Shown piece by piece: positions 52,603 to 61,124 of a stretch of DNA of 64,000 nucleotides. Location of the stretch: the NCBI GenBank assembly GCA_949001935.1, contig CARJLX010000001.1, positions 67,231 to 131,230 on the forward strand, written 5' to 3'. Below the pieces are notes generated by a model. The model had not been told where the DNA came from. It saw only the letters and a program-made list of their open reading frames with translations, and searched no databases. Origin of the DNA: an uncultured Eubacteriales bacterium. Its GTDB lineage: Bacteria > Bacillota > Clostridia > Christensenellales > UBA1242. A program made the position numbers and the translations under genes. Each line of letters begins with the position of its first letter. Within the stretch, counting starts at the first letter, position 1.

Positions 52603-52800
52603 ATGGAAAATAAAGAAAAAGTCCAAAATGTAAGCGATTTAGTTGATAAAATGCTTAATAATGGACAAGTAAAAAGCGAAAAAACTACAAAGCCTGTTGA
52701 AGAATTACCAGATGGTTCAGTAGGAAAGGTTTTAGTAAACTTTTTATTAAAAGAAGATGTTTCTCCAACTAAAATTATTTTTGGGGAGAAAGATAATTAA
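52603..52800 (+). CDS. Small hypothetical protein (65 aa) between rpsG and fusA
   Basis: RBS AGAGGGA lies 6 nt before the ATG. The protein is hydrophilic, and I recognised no family. Confidence 0.35.
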   Translation: MENKEKVQNVSDLVDKMLNNGQVKSEKTTKPVEELPDGSVGKVLVNFLLKEDVSPTKIIFGEKDN

Positions 52801-52854
52801 AAGTGTTTAACTTCACTTTAAAAAGTTAAAATTTATTAAAAGGAAAAAATTATT

Positions 52855-54930
52855 ATGGCTAATGATTTACACATGACTAGAAATGTTGGTATCATGGCTC
52901 ACATTGATGCTGGTAAAACTACCACAACTGAGCGTATCCTTTATTACACTGGCAAGAGCCACAAAATCGGTGAAGTTCACGATGGCGCTGCCACAATGGA
53001 CTGGATGGCTCAAGAACAAGAAAGAGGTATTACTATTACTTCTGCTTGTACTACTTGCCAATGGAAAGGTCACAAGATTAACATCATTGATACTCCTGGA
53101 CACGTTGACTTCACAATCGAAGTTGAACGTTCATTGAAGGTTCTTGATGGTGCAGTTCTTGTTCTTTCTGCTCGTGATAAAGTTCAACCTCAAACTGAAA
53201 CAGTTTGGCGTCAAGCAACTAAGTATCATGTTCCAACTATTATCTATGTTAACAAAATGGATAGAGATGCCGCAGACTTTTTTGCCTGCCTTGAGTCTAT
53301 TGAAAGAAGACTTAAAACTCCAACTCTTGCCATTCAAATGCCTGTTGGTGAGGCTGATACATTCTCTGGAATTATCGACCTTATGACCATGAAGGCTGAA
53401 ATTTACAAAGATGATATGGGTACTCAAATTGAAATTACCGAAATCCCTGCTGAACTTAAAGATAAAGCTCAACAATATCATGATAAAATGATTGAACAAA
53501 TCGTTGAAACTGATGATGCTTTACTTGAAAAGTATTTTGGTGGCGAAGAAATTTCAATGGATGAACTTAAAAAAGCTCTTAGAAAGGGTACTATTGCAAA
53601 AACTTTCACTCCTGTTCTTTGCGGTTCTTCTTATAAGAACAAGGGTGTTCAAATGTTATTGGATGCTATGGTTGATTATCTTCCATCTCCACTTGACATT
53701 CCTGCAATCAAAGGTGTAAACCCTGACACTGAAGAGCAAGAAGAAAGAAATGCAGATGAAACTGCACCTCTTGCTGGTCTTGCTTTTAAGATTATGAATG
53801 ACCCATATGTTGGAGGTTTAACATTCTTCCGTGTTTACTCTGGTAAACTTACAGCAGGAAGCTATGTTTATAACTCAAACACTGGTAAACAAGAACGCGT
53901 TGGTCGTTTGATCCGTATGCACGCAAACAACCGTCAAGAAATCACTGAGGTTGGTGCAGGTGATATTGCTGCTATTGTTGGACTTAAAGATACTATCACA
54001 GGACATACTCTTTGTGATGAAAAACATCCAATTCAACTTGAATCTATGCAATTCCCAGAGCCTGTTATTCAACTTGCTATTGAGCCTAAAACTAAAGATA
54101 TGCAAGAAAAGATGTCTATTGGTCTTGGCAGACTTATGAGAGAAGATCCTTCTTTCAGAGTGACTACAAACCAAGAAACTGGACAAACTCTTATTGCTGG
54201 TATGGGTGAACTTCACCTTGAAATTATCGTTGATCGTCTTCTTCGTGAATTCAAGGTAGAAGCTAAGGTTGGTGAACCTCAAGTTTCTTATCGTGAAGCT
54301 CTTAAAAAACCTGTTAAAGCAGAAGGTAAATTCATCCGTCAAAGCGGTGGTAAAGGTCAATATGGTCACTGCGTGATTGAACTTGAACCATTGCCAGCTG
54401 GTAGCGGTTATGAATTTGTAGATAAAACTGTTGGTGGTTCTATTCCAAAAGAATATATTCAACCAATCAACAATGGTATTCAAGAAGCTTCTCACAATGG
54501 TGTAGTTGCAGGTTATGATACTGTTGACTTTAGAGTTACAGTTATTGATGGTTCTTACCATGAAGTTGACTCTTCTGAAATGGCGTTCAAGATTGCTGGT
54601 TCTATGGCTTTCCAAGATGGTGCTAAGAAGGCAGACCCTGTTCTTCTCGAGCCTATCATGAAGGTGACTGTTGAAGTCCCAGATGAATATCTTGGAACAG
54701 TTATGGGTAACCTCACTTCTCGTCGTGGTATGCTTACAGGAACTGAAAGCTCTGCAGGAATTCAAATTGTTAATGCAGAAGTTCCACTTGCTGAAATGTT
54801 TGGTTATGCTACTGACCTTCGTTCTCAAACTCAAGGTCGTGGAAACTATGTTATGGAACCATTGAAATATCAAGAAGTTCCTCGTTCAATTGCTCAAAAT
54901 ATTATTTCTGCAAGGGCTAAGAAAGACTAA
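52855..54930 (+). CDS. fusA: Elongation factor G
   Basis: 691 aa with G1 motif AHIDAGKTT and DTPGHVDF. Confidence 0.97.
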   Translation: MANDLHMTRNVGIMAHIDAGKTTTTERILYYTGKSHKIGEVHDGAATMDWMAQEQERGITITSACTTCQWKGHKINIIDTPGHVDFTIEVERSLKVLDGAVLVLSARDKVQPQTETVWRQATKYHVPTIIYVNKMDRDAADFFACLESIERRLKTPTLAIQMPVGEADTFSGIIDLMTMKAEIYKDDMGTQIEITEIPAELKDKAQQYHDKMIEQIVETDDALLEKYFGGEEISMDELKKALRKGTIAKTFTPVLCGSSYKNKGVQMLLDAMVDYLPSPLDIPAIKGVNPDTEEQEERNADETAPLAGLAFKIMNDPYVGGLTFFRVYSGKLTAGSYVYNSNTGKQERVGRLIRMHANNRQEITEVGAGDIAAIVGLKDTITGHTLCDEKHPIQLESMQFPEPVIQLAIEPKTKDMQEKMSIGLGRLMREDPSFRVTTNQETGQTLIAGMGELHLEIIVDRLLREFKVEAKVGEPQVSYREALKKPVKAEGKFIRQSGGKGQYGHCVIELEPLPAGSGYEFVDKTVGGSIPKEYIQPINNGIQEASHNGVVAGYDTVDFRVTVIDGSYHEVDSSEMAFKIAGSMAFQDGAKKADPVLLEPIMKVTVEVPDEYLGTVMGNLTSRRGMLTGTESSAGIQIVNAEVPLAEMFGYATDLRSQTQGRGNYVMEPLKYQEVPRSIAQNIISARAKKD

Positions 54931-54931
54931 A

Positions 54932-55075
54932 AGGCAAGGACAACTAGAATTTTAACGGCGACAGGGCACTTTGTGCCTAACGCTTAACTTTCGGTTTCCC
55001 GTCCCAATCTCCCTCCAATTAAGGTTGCAAAATCGAACACATGATTTTCGATTGTTGCGTTTCTATAGGAGGAAT
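54932..55075 (+). repeat. Structured intergenic repeat, copy B (after fusA; divergent or partial)
   Basis: It starts AAGGACAACTAGAATTTTAACGGCGACAGGGCAC...TTAACTTTCGGTTTCCCG, matching the 5' module of copies A and C. It then diverges into its own hairpin AATCGAA...TTCGATT. Confidence 0.6.
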
Positions 55076-55268
55076 CAGAAGGTTGTTATTTAAAACTACT
55101 ATATATAGTTGAAAAACTATATAAAAGCGGCATAAGAGTACAAAAATTCTCTTGGCTATAGCAAAATATTGCTAAAAAATTAAAAAATTTTGCAAAATCA
55201 TTTTGAAAATATTTTTAAATATGTTAAAATGATAGCGTAAATAAAAAATTAAAGGAGATTTAAAAATT

Positions 55269-56471
55269 ATGGCACAAGGTGTATTTAACAGAAATAAACC
55301 ACACGTTAACATCGGTACTATTGGTCACGTTGACCATGGTAAAACCACTTTGACCGCTGCTATTACTATGACATTAGCACTTAAAGGTCAAGCTCAAAAA
55401 ATGAGATATGACGAAATCGACAAAGCCCCAGAAGAAAAGGCTAGAGGTATTACTATTAATACTGCTCACGTTGAATACGAAACAGCAAATCGTCACTACG
55501 CTCACGTAGACTGCCCAGGACACGCTGACTACGTTAAAAACATGATTACTGGTGCTGCACAAATGGACGGAGCTATCCTCGTTGTTGCATCAACAGATGG
55601 TCCTATGCCTCAAACAAGAGAGCATATTCTTCTTGCTAGACAAGTAGGTGTTCCATACATCGTTGTCTTCATGAACAAAACTGATCAAGTTGACGATCCT
55701 GAACTTCTTGAACTTGTTGAGATGGAAATCCGTGACCTTCTTTCTAAATATGATTTCCCAGGAGATACAACTCCTATTATTAAGGGTTCTGCTTTAAAAG
55801 CATTAGAAGCTGCTCAAGCTGGAAACGCTGATGATCCTGCTTGCAAATGCATTTTCGAACTTATGGATGCAGTTGATTCTTACATCCCTGAGCCTGCTCG
55901 TGAAATCGACAAACCTTTCCTTATGCCTGTTGAAGATGTATTCACAATCACAGGTCGTGGAACTGTTGCTACTGGTAGAGTAGAAAGAGGACAAGTTAAA
56001 GTTAACGATACAGTTGAAATCGTTGGTCTTGGCGCTAACAAAACTACAGTTATTACTGGCGTTGAAATGTTCCACAAATCACTTGATGCTGCTATGGCTG
56101 GTGATAATGCTGGACTTCTTCTTCGTGGTGTTCAAAGAAACGAAATCGAAAGAGGACAAGTTCTTTGCAAACCTGGTTCAATTCACCCTCACACTAAATT
56201 TAATGCAGAAGTTTATGTATTGAAGAAGGAAGAAGGTGGTCGTCATACTCCATTCTTCAATGGTTATAGACCTCAATTCTTCATTAGAACTTGTGATATC
56301 ACAGGTGTTATCGAACTTGAAAAGGGTGTAGAAATGGTTATGCCTGGAGATAACGTTCGTATGACTATCTCTCTTATCAACCCTGTAGCCGTTGAACAAG
56401 GTATGCGTTTCGCTATCCGTGAAGGCGGAAGAACAGTTGGTTCTGGTGTTGTTTCTTCAGTTATTGAATAA
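55269..56471 (+). CDS. tuf: Elongation factor Tu
   Basis: 400 aa with GHVDHGKTT and DCPGHADY. Confidence 0.97.
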   Translation: MAQGVFNRNKPHVNIGTIGHVDHGKTTLTAAITMTLALKGQAQKMRYDEIDKAPEEKARGITINTAHVEYETANRHYAHVDCPGHADYVKNMITGAAQMDGAILVVASTDGPMPQTREHILLARQVGVPYIVVFMNKTDQVDDPELLELVEMEIRDLLSKYDFPGDTTPIIKGSALKALEAAQAGNADDPACKCIFELMDAVDSYIPEPAREIDKPFLMPVEDVFTITGRGTVATGRVERGQVKVNDTVEIVGLGANKTTVITGVEMFHKSLDAAMAGDNAGLLLRGVQRNEIERGQVLCKPGSIHPHTKFNAEVYVLKKEEGGRHTPFFNGYRPQFFIRTCDITGVIELEKGVEMVMPGDNVRMTISLINPVAVEQGMRFAIREGGRTVGSGVVSSVIE

Positions 56472-56473
56472 GT

Positions 56474-56648
56474 CTCATAGGGACAAGTAGAATTCTGACG
56501 CGGACAAGACCGCTAAAATTCGTTTTTCCCATGAACCCTTTTTCGCTTCTTGAAAAATCCCGCTGGGCATTTTTCGTCGAGTAAGGTGGCAAACAAATTT
56601 TTAGGGTCGGGCAAAGCTCTTCTTCCCATAAAAATTTGATTGCGAATT
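56474..56648 (+). repeat. Structured intergenic repeat, copy C (after tuf)
   Basis: GGACAAGTAGAATTC ... CTAAAATTCGTTTTTCCCA ... CTTGAAAAATCCCGCTGGGCATTTTTC ... CAAATTTTTAGGGTCGGGCAAAGCTCTTCTTCCCATAAAAATTT. Confidence 0.8.
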
Positions 56649-56780
56649 TAAAATAGAAATAAAAACACAAGACGCTTTGCGTCTATAAATAAAATATTAG
56701 AAAATAAAACTTGTACATTTGGCGTTTATTTATCTTTTGATAGGTTTTTGCGATGTAAAATAAAAAAATATGCATATATA

Positions 56781-56817
56781 AATAAACATGCTTGTGGTTG
56801 GGCATGTTTATTTTTTA
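56781..56817. terminator. Hairpin terminator between tuf and the convergent acyltransferase gene
   Basis: Hairpin AAACATGC-ttgtggttgg-GCATGTTT followed by a T-run. Confidence 0.6.
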
Positions 56818-56820
56818 TTG

Positions 56821-57801
56821 TTAAATTTTTGATATGATAACCTTTATTGTCTTGATGCTTATAAAGGCTAGAAATGCTGTTAGAATTATTATTGTAATCA
56901 AGTATAATAAAATATTGAACGCTAGATTTTGTGTAATATTTAATAGTGATAATGCTCCAACTGCAAAAATATGATGTGATAAATATATGTAAAAACTGTA
57001 TTTATCACTATAAATTAATATTTTATATGTAGGTTTATTATTTAAAAATTCAAAAGCGATTAATATTATAAAGGAAAATGTTAAAGCGAATATAACTGCA
57101 CAAATTCGTTGGAGAAAAAGTGAAAGGTGGTACAACATAAAAGTATTTTGAGGAAAGCAATGTATAAAGTACATAAAGGGTAAAACAGTTATTAGAAAAA
57201 TTAAAATGCAGATAAAAATGCTTTTATTTTTTTGTTTATAAACTTTTTCTAAAGTTTGAAACCTACTTAAAGCAAATCCTATTACAAAGATAATAATTCC
57301 TAATTGCATACTTGTAAACAAGCAAATGATTGTTTCAAGAATTAAAAATATACTTAAAAATACTATTGCAAGTTTGTTATATTTATGGGATTTATCAAAG
57401 GCAATTTTTATCAATGGAAGTATGAGATAACATATAAATATATTTGGTATAAACCATAGGTGTCCTAAGGCAAACAATTCTGAGGATATATAACTCCACC
57501 AGTTTAAAGGATTTATTGCATTAGTGGCAAAGATTGTACAGAGGAAAAATTCTATTAAACAGAGAAAAAGTACAGGAATAAAAATTTTAATTGCTCGATT
57601 TAAATAAAATTTTTTAATATTTTTTATTTCAATTTTTTCATATAAATATCCACTTATAAAAAAGAAAACTTGAACTCCAAAATATAAAGGTATTATACCC
57701 GCACCTTTCCAGGGGCTAAGAATCATTAAAATATGATAAATTACAATCATAATTGCCGACAAACATCTTAGCACACTGACATTATTTAATCTTTTGTTCA
57801 T
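56821..57801 (-). CDS. Membrane acyltransferase, family 3 (OafA/YrhL-like O-acyltransferase)
   Basis: 326 aa with about 10 TM segments. The N-terminal LRCLSAIMIVIYH motif is typical of acyltransferase_3 proteins. Confidence 0.75.
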   Translation of the reverse strand: MNKRLNNVSVLRCLSAIMIVIYHILMILSPWKGAGIIPLYFGVQVFFFISGYLYEKIEIKNIKKFYLNRAIKIFIPVLFLCLIEFFLCTIFATNAINPLNWWSYISSELFALGHLWFIPNIFICYLILPLIKIAFDKSHKYNKLAIVFLSIFLILETIICLFTSMQLGIIIFVIGFALSRFQTLEKVYKQKNKSIFICILIFLITVLPFMYFIHCFPQNTFMLYHLSLFLQRICAVIFALTFSFIILIAFEFLNNKPTYKILIYSDKYSFYIYLSHHIFAVGALSLLNITQNLAFNILLYLITIIILTAFLAFISIKTIKVIISKI

Positions 57802-57837
57802 AAAAAATTTGCTCCCTCAAACAACTTATTCACAGTC

Positions 57838-57865
57838 AGTATATTGCGGGGGGGGGACTTGTCAA
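57838..57865 (-). promoter_or_regulatory. Acyltransferase promoter with a C9 homopolymer in the -35/-10 spacer
   Basis: The minus strand reads TTGACA-agtCCCCCCCCCgcaa-TATACT (16-nt spacer), then GAGGGAG and the ATG at 57801. Confidence 0.6.
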
Positions 57866-57940
57866 GCAAAAATAAAAAATAGTTGTAAAAATTTGCAAAA
57901 ACAATTTAATTATGATAAAATATTATCATCGAGGTTTATT

Positions 57941-58309
57941 ATGAGTTGGATGGATTATATTTTTAAAGCACTGGGATTTGAAAGTGAAGAAAAGAAAAAC
58001 AAAACTGTTAAGAAAAAGACCAGAGCGTCTTATAAGTTAAAAAACGGCAAAGCTCAGGATAGAGTGGAAGAGATTGATGGTATTCCTGTTTATTATCCCG
58101 AAAATTTTATTCAAGCTAGAGAATACACTGAGTTTTTAAAAGATAAAAAAGCGGTTATAATATCTACTGATCTTTGTGACAAAGATGACCGTGACAGAAT
58201 ATTAGACTTTTATAATGGTGTAGTAGCGGGCATTGGTGCAAAGTTCATTGTATTAGATGAGGGCAGACTTTATTTACTTTTGCCTGAGGGGTGTGAAGTT
58301 GAAGAATAA
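57941..58309 (+). CDS. sepF: Cell division protein SepF
   Basis: Start at ATG 57941, behind GAGG. MSWMDYIFKALGF..., and the C-terminal domain (PENFIQAREYTEFLKDKKAVIIST...DRDRILDFYNGVVAGIGAKFIVLDEGRLYLLLP) fits the SepF pattern. Confidence 0.8.
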   Translation: MSWMDYIFKALGFESEEKKNKTVKKKTRASYKLKNGKAQDRVEEIDGIPVYYPENFIQAREYTEFLKDKKAVIISTDLCDKDDRDRILDFYNGVVAGIGAKFIVLDEGRLYLLLPEGCEVEE

Positions 58310-59024
58310 AAAACTTAATATATGCAACATATTAATGTTATCTTTTTTGGCTTTTGCTTTAATTTTTGATTTAGTTACTAAGTATGTGATTGAAGGAAAG
58401 ATGAAATTAGGGGAGGAGGCAAGTTTTCTTCCTGGTTTTATGAATTTTGTTATTGTTCATAATGATGGTGCTGCTTGGAATTTATTTTCAGGCTTTCAAA
58501 TTTTGCTTATTATTGTCACAGTTATATTTTTGATAGTCTATTTTTGGTTTTTCTTTTCAAAAAAGTCTAAATCAAATCTATTAGGCATTGCTTCTGGACT
58601 TCTTTTAGGTGGTTGCATTGGAAATCTATATGATAGAATTTTTCTTGGCTATGTTCGCGATTTTTTAAATTTTCAATTTATGACTTTTCCTGTTTTTAAT
58701 ATAGCAGATGCAAGCCTTTGCATTGGCGTCTTTTTGCTTGCGATATATTTTATATTTATCTATCCTAAAGAGCTTAAAAAAGAAAAAGAGGAACTTGAAA
58801 AACAGGGCATAAAAACTGATGGCAATGGTGAAGTATATACTGATGACCTTGACAAAATAAAACAAAAGAAAACTAATATTAAAGATTTATTAAATATTAA
58901 AAAACTTATTGGCAAGCACTCTAAAAATGGTAAAAAAGAAGCTGTTAATATTGAAGTCAGCAATGAAGTAATAACTAAGGAAGATAAAGTAGAGAAGACC
59001 AAGGAGAAAGAAGATGGAAGGTAA
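58293..59024 (+). CDS. lspA: Lipoprotein signal peptidase II with a Lys-rich C-terminal extension
   Basis: Motifs HNDGAAWNLFSG and FNIADASL. A tail of about 85 extra charged residues follows. The start is probably GTG 58293, behind GAGGGG. Confidence 0.85.
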   Translation: MKLKNKKLNICNILMLSFLAFALIFDLVTKYVIEGKMKLGEEASFLPGFMNFVIVHNDGAAWNLFSGFQILLIIVTVIFLIVYFWFFFSKKSKSNLLGIASGLLLGGCIGNLYDRIFLGYVRDFLNFQFMTFPVFNIADASLCIGVFLLAIYFIFIYPKELKKEKEELEKQGIKTDGNGEVYTDDLDKIKQKKTNIKDLLNIKKLIGKHSKNGKKEAVNIEVSNEVITKEDKVEKTKEKEDGR

Positions 59025-59913
59025 AATTATTGTACCTCAGGAAGTTAAGGGGACTAGATTAGACCTCTTTCTTTTGTCGCAATTTGCAAATTTTACTAGG
59101 GCTTATATTAAAACCCTTATTGAGAACGGAAGTTTTAAAGTGGATGAAAAAATTGTAAAGGCGGGGTTGCCACTTAAAACAAATATGGTTATTACATATA
59201 AAATAGAAGAGGCTAAACCCTTGGATGCAGTTGCTGAAGAGGTTGAATTTGATATTGTTTTTGAAAATAAAAATTTGCTTGTTATAAATAAGCCTCAAGG
59301 ATTAGTAGTTCATCCATGTTCATCAACAAAAAATAACACCTTAGTAAATGGATTACTTTCAAAAGTCAAGGATTTAAGTGGGATTAATGGCACTCTTAGA
59401 CCTGGCATTGTTCATCGTTTAGATAAAAATACTTCTGGGTTAATGTTGGTGGCTAAAAATGATGTTGCTCATCTTTCACTTGCAAAGCAGATTCAGGACA
59501 AGACTTGTAAACGCAAATATTTAGCTCTTCTTGAAGGTAATTTAAAGCATGAAGAAGGAGAAATTATAACTCAAATAGGAAGAAATCCAAAAGATCGTAA
59601 AAAGATGGCTGTTCTACAAGATGGTGGAAAAGAAGCGATAACAACTTATAAAGTTGTGAAACGCTATCAAAAGTTTTGTCTTGTAGAGTTTTCACTAAAG
59701 ACAGGCAGAACTCATCAAATACGCGTCCATGCAAGCTTTTTAGGACATCCAGTTGTAGGTGATGATATTTATGGCAAGATAAACAAAAGTTTGAAGGGGC
59801 AACTGCTTCATTCTTATTATATAGAATTTGATGAGCCTGTATCTAAAGAAAGATTGCATTTTGAAATTGGACTTCCATATTACTTTGAAAAATTTATTGA
59901 AAGGTTGATTTAA
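59014..59913 (+). CDS. rluD: 23S rRNA pseudouridine synthase RluD-type (S4 domain plus RluA catalytic domain)
   Basis: 299 aa with HRLDKNTSGLML and GRTHQIRVH. It follows lspA in the usual synteny. Confidence 0.88.
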   Translation: MEGKIIVPQEVKGTRLDLFLLSQFANFTRAYIKTLIENGSFKVDEKIVKAGLPLKTNMVITYKIEEAKPLDAVAEEVEFDIVFENKNLLVINKPQGLVVHPCSSTKNNTLVNGLLSKVKDLSGINGTLRPGIVHRLDKNTSGLMLVAKNDVAHLSLAKQIQDKTCKRKYLALLEGNLKHEEGEIITQIGRNPKDRKKMAVLQDGGKEAITTYKVVKRYQKFCLVEFSLKTGRTHQIRVHASFLGHPVVGDDIYGKINKSLKGQLLHSYYIEFDEPVSKERLHFEIGLPYYFEKFIERLI

Positions 59914-60044
59914 TATTTATAATTTTTGCTCATATGGCATATATTTCTAAGGATTTCCTTGATAAAATTTATTTAAATTCAACGTTTGTGCTTGAAAAGG
60001 GTGAGGTTATAGATTTTGAAGTGGAAGAGATTGTGTCTTATTAA

Positions 60045-60076
60045 TAAAAAATCCACGAAGTATCGTGGATTTTATT
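60045..60076. terminator. Bidirectional terminator
   Basis: Hairpin ATCCACGA-agta-TCGTGGAT flanked by A-run and T-run. Confidence 0.75.
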
Positions 60077-60093
60077 ATTTTGTGTTAAAATTT

Positions 60094-60474
60094 TTAAACG
60101 GATTGAAGTTCTGTTATGCCAACATGGCGTTTCTTTCTTTCGACCTCGATAAGGCTTGATAACATATCTCTAACTTCATAAGGCTTTGCAATATGGCGAA
60201 GGTGGAAACATGGTGCTTTTGCATCATTTGAGAAAATTTCAATAGTTCCTGTCTTGAAAATTTTGTCTGCCAAAGAGAGTTGCAATGTAAGGTCAAAGCA
60301 ACGATATACATTAATTTCATCAATAATAGCTGTTAAGAAACCCTTGTGACGGAATAATTTAATCCATTCTCCCTCTTTTTCAACAAGGTAATAACGATAG
60401 AAAGACCAAGGTAATCCTAAGTGTCTTTTTCTATCTTGCCATAAAACTTTTGTTCCTTTTGGAAATCTCATCAT
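60094..60474 (-). CDS. Bacterial PH-domain (bPH_2/YdbT-like) protein
   Basis: Start at ATGATG, behind GGAGG (60474). ...LWQDRKRHLGLPWSFYRYYL...GFL....EINVYRCFDL... resembles membrane-flanked PH domain proteins. Confidence 0.5.
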   Translation of the reverse strand: MMRFPKGTKVLWQDRKRHLGLPWSFYRYYLVEKEGEWIKLFRHKGFLTAIIDEINVYRCFDLTLQLSLADKIFKTGTIEIFSNDAKAPCFHLRHIAKPYEVRDMLSSLIEVERKKRHVGITELQSV

Positions 60475-60633
60475 CGTCCTCCAATTACTTAAATAATAAC
60501 CTAAAACCAACAAAAAGTAAAGAGTTTTTTTAAAATTTTCAAATTTTTATTATAGGCTAACTAAAAAAAGCCCAAAAATTGGGCTTTTTTTAGAAATAAT
60601 TAAATGTTTTTGATTGGGCTTATAAGGTGATGG

Positions 60634-60819
60634 TTATTTACAACCGTTTCCGCAACCACAGCCACAAATGAGTAAAAGGAAAATTATTGTGCATGGGTCA
60701 ATTTGGCAACCGCAACCACAGCATTGTAAAAGTAATAATAAAGTGACGATAGAACATACATCACAGCCACCTTGACAACCACAAGAGTTGTTGCCACAAC
60801 CGTTATTAAAGAAATTCAT
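60634..60819 (-). CDS. Small Cys/Gly-rich hydrophobic protein (61 aa, 20 Cys by my count)
   Basis: Strong RBS AGGAGGAA. It has two hydrophobic segments, each followed by a CGCGC cluster (IVTLLLLLQCCGCGC and IIFLLLICGCGCGNGC). Confidence 0.6.
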   Translation of the reverse strand: MNFFNNGCGNNSCGCQGGCDVCSIVTLLLLLQCCGCGCQIDPCTIIFLLLICGCGCGNGCK

Positions 60820-61052
60820 TTGTTCCTCCTAAAATTTTAACTTATGTATTTATGCGAATATCTGCATTTATTGCATTTACATCCGCACATTAACATATTA
60901 TTAAGTCTTCTTAATAAGTGTGCATAAGATATTTTAGAAAATTTTCAGTTTATTCATTTTTTTGACCTCTTTCGACAAAAGTAGTGAAATTTCTTCCGCA
61001 TATTTATTTTGACCTCTCACAAAATATTTTTGATTTTAATAAGGCAAATTCC

Positions 61053-61081
61053 TTGACATTACCTATAAAATAATATAAAAT
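61053..61081 (+). promoter_or_regulatory. Promoter of the large surface protein gene
   Basis: TTGACA, a 17-nt spacer, then TAAAAT. Confidence 0.5.
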
Positions 61082-61124
61082 AGGGTGTTGAAAAATTTAC
61101 TTATATTAATGCGAGGTTATATTT

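Noticed and set aside
53875-54873. 332-aa ORF on the minus strand inside fusA, and similar antisense ORFs within tuf, ileS, iscS and hslU.
   Set aside because: It is fully antisense to unambiguous, highly conserved genes, has no RBS, and translates to low-complexity N/F/S/I-rich sequence. Long antisense ORFs of this kind are expected in AT-rich genes with biased codon usage.
57794-57940. N-terminal extension of the sepF ORF (ORF track start 57794) that would translate the G9 tract as Gly-Gly-Gly.
   Set aside because: There is no RBS at 57794, and the SepF-like sequence starts at Met50 (ATG 57941), behind GAGG and a TTGCAA-17-TAAAAT promoter. The G tract is better explained as the spacer of the divergent acyltransferase promoter.
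59934-60044. 36-codon ORF (MAYISKDFLDKIYLNSTFVLEKGEVIDFEVEEIVSY) between rluD and the bidirectional terminator.
   Set aside because: It has no recognisable RBS, is short, and I recognised no conservation signal. It cannot be supported from sequence alone.
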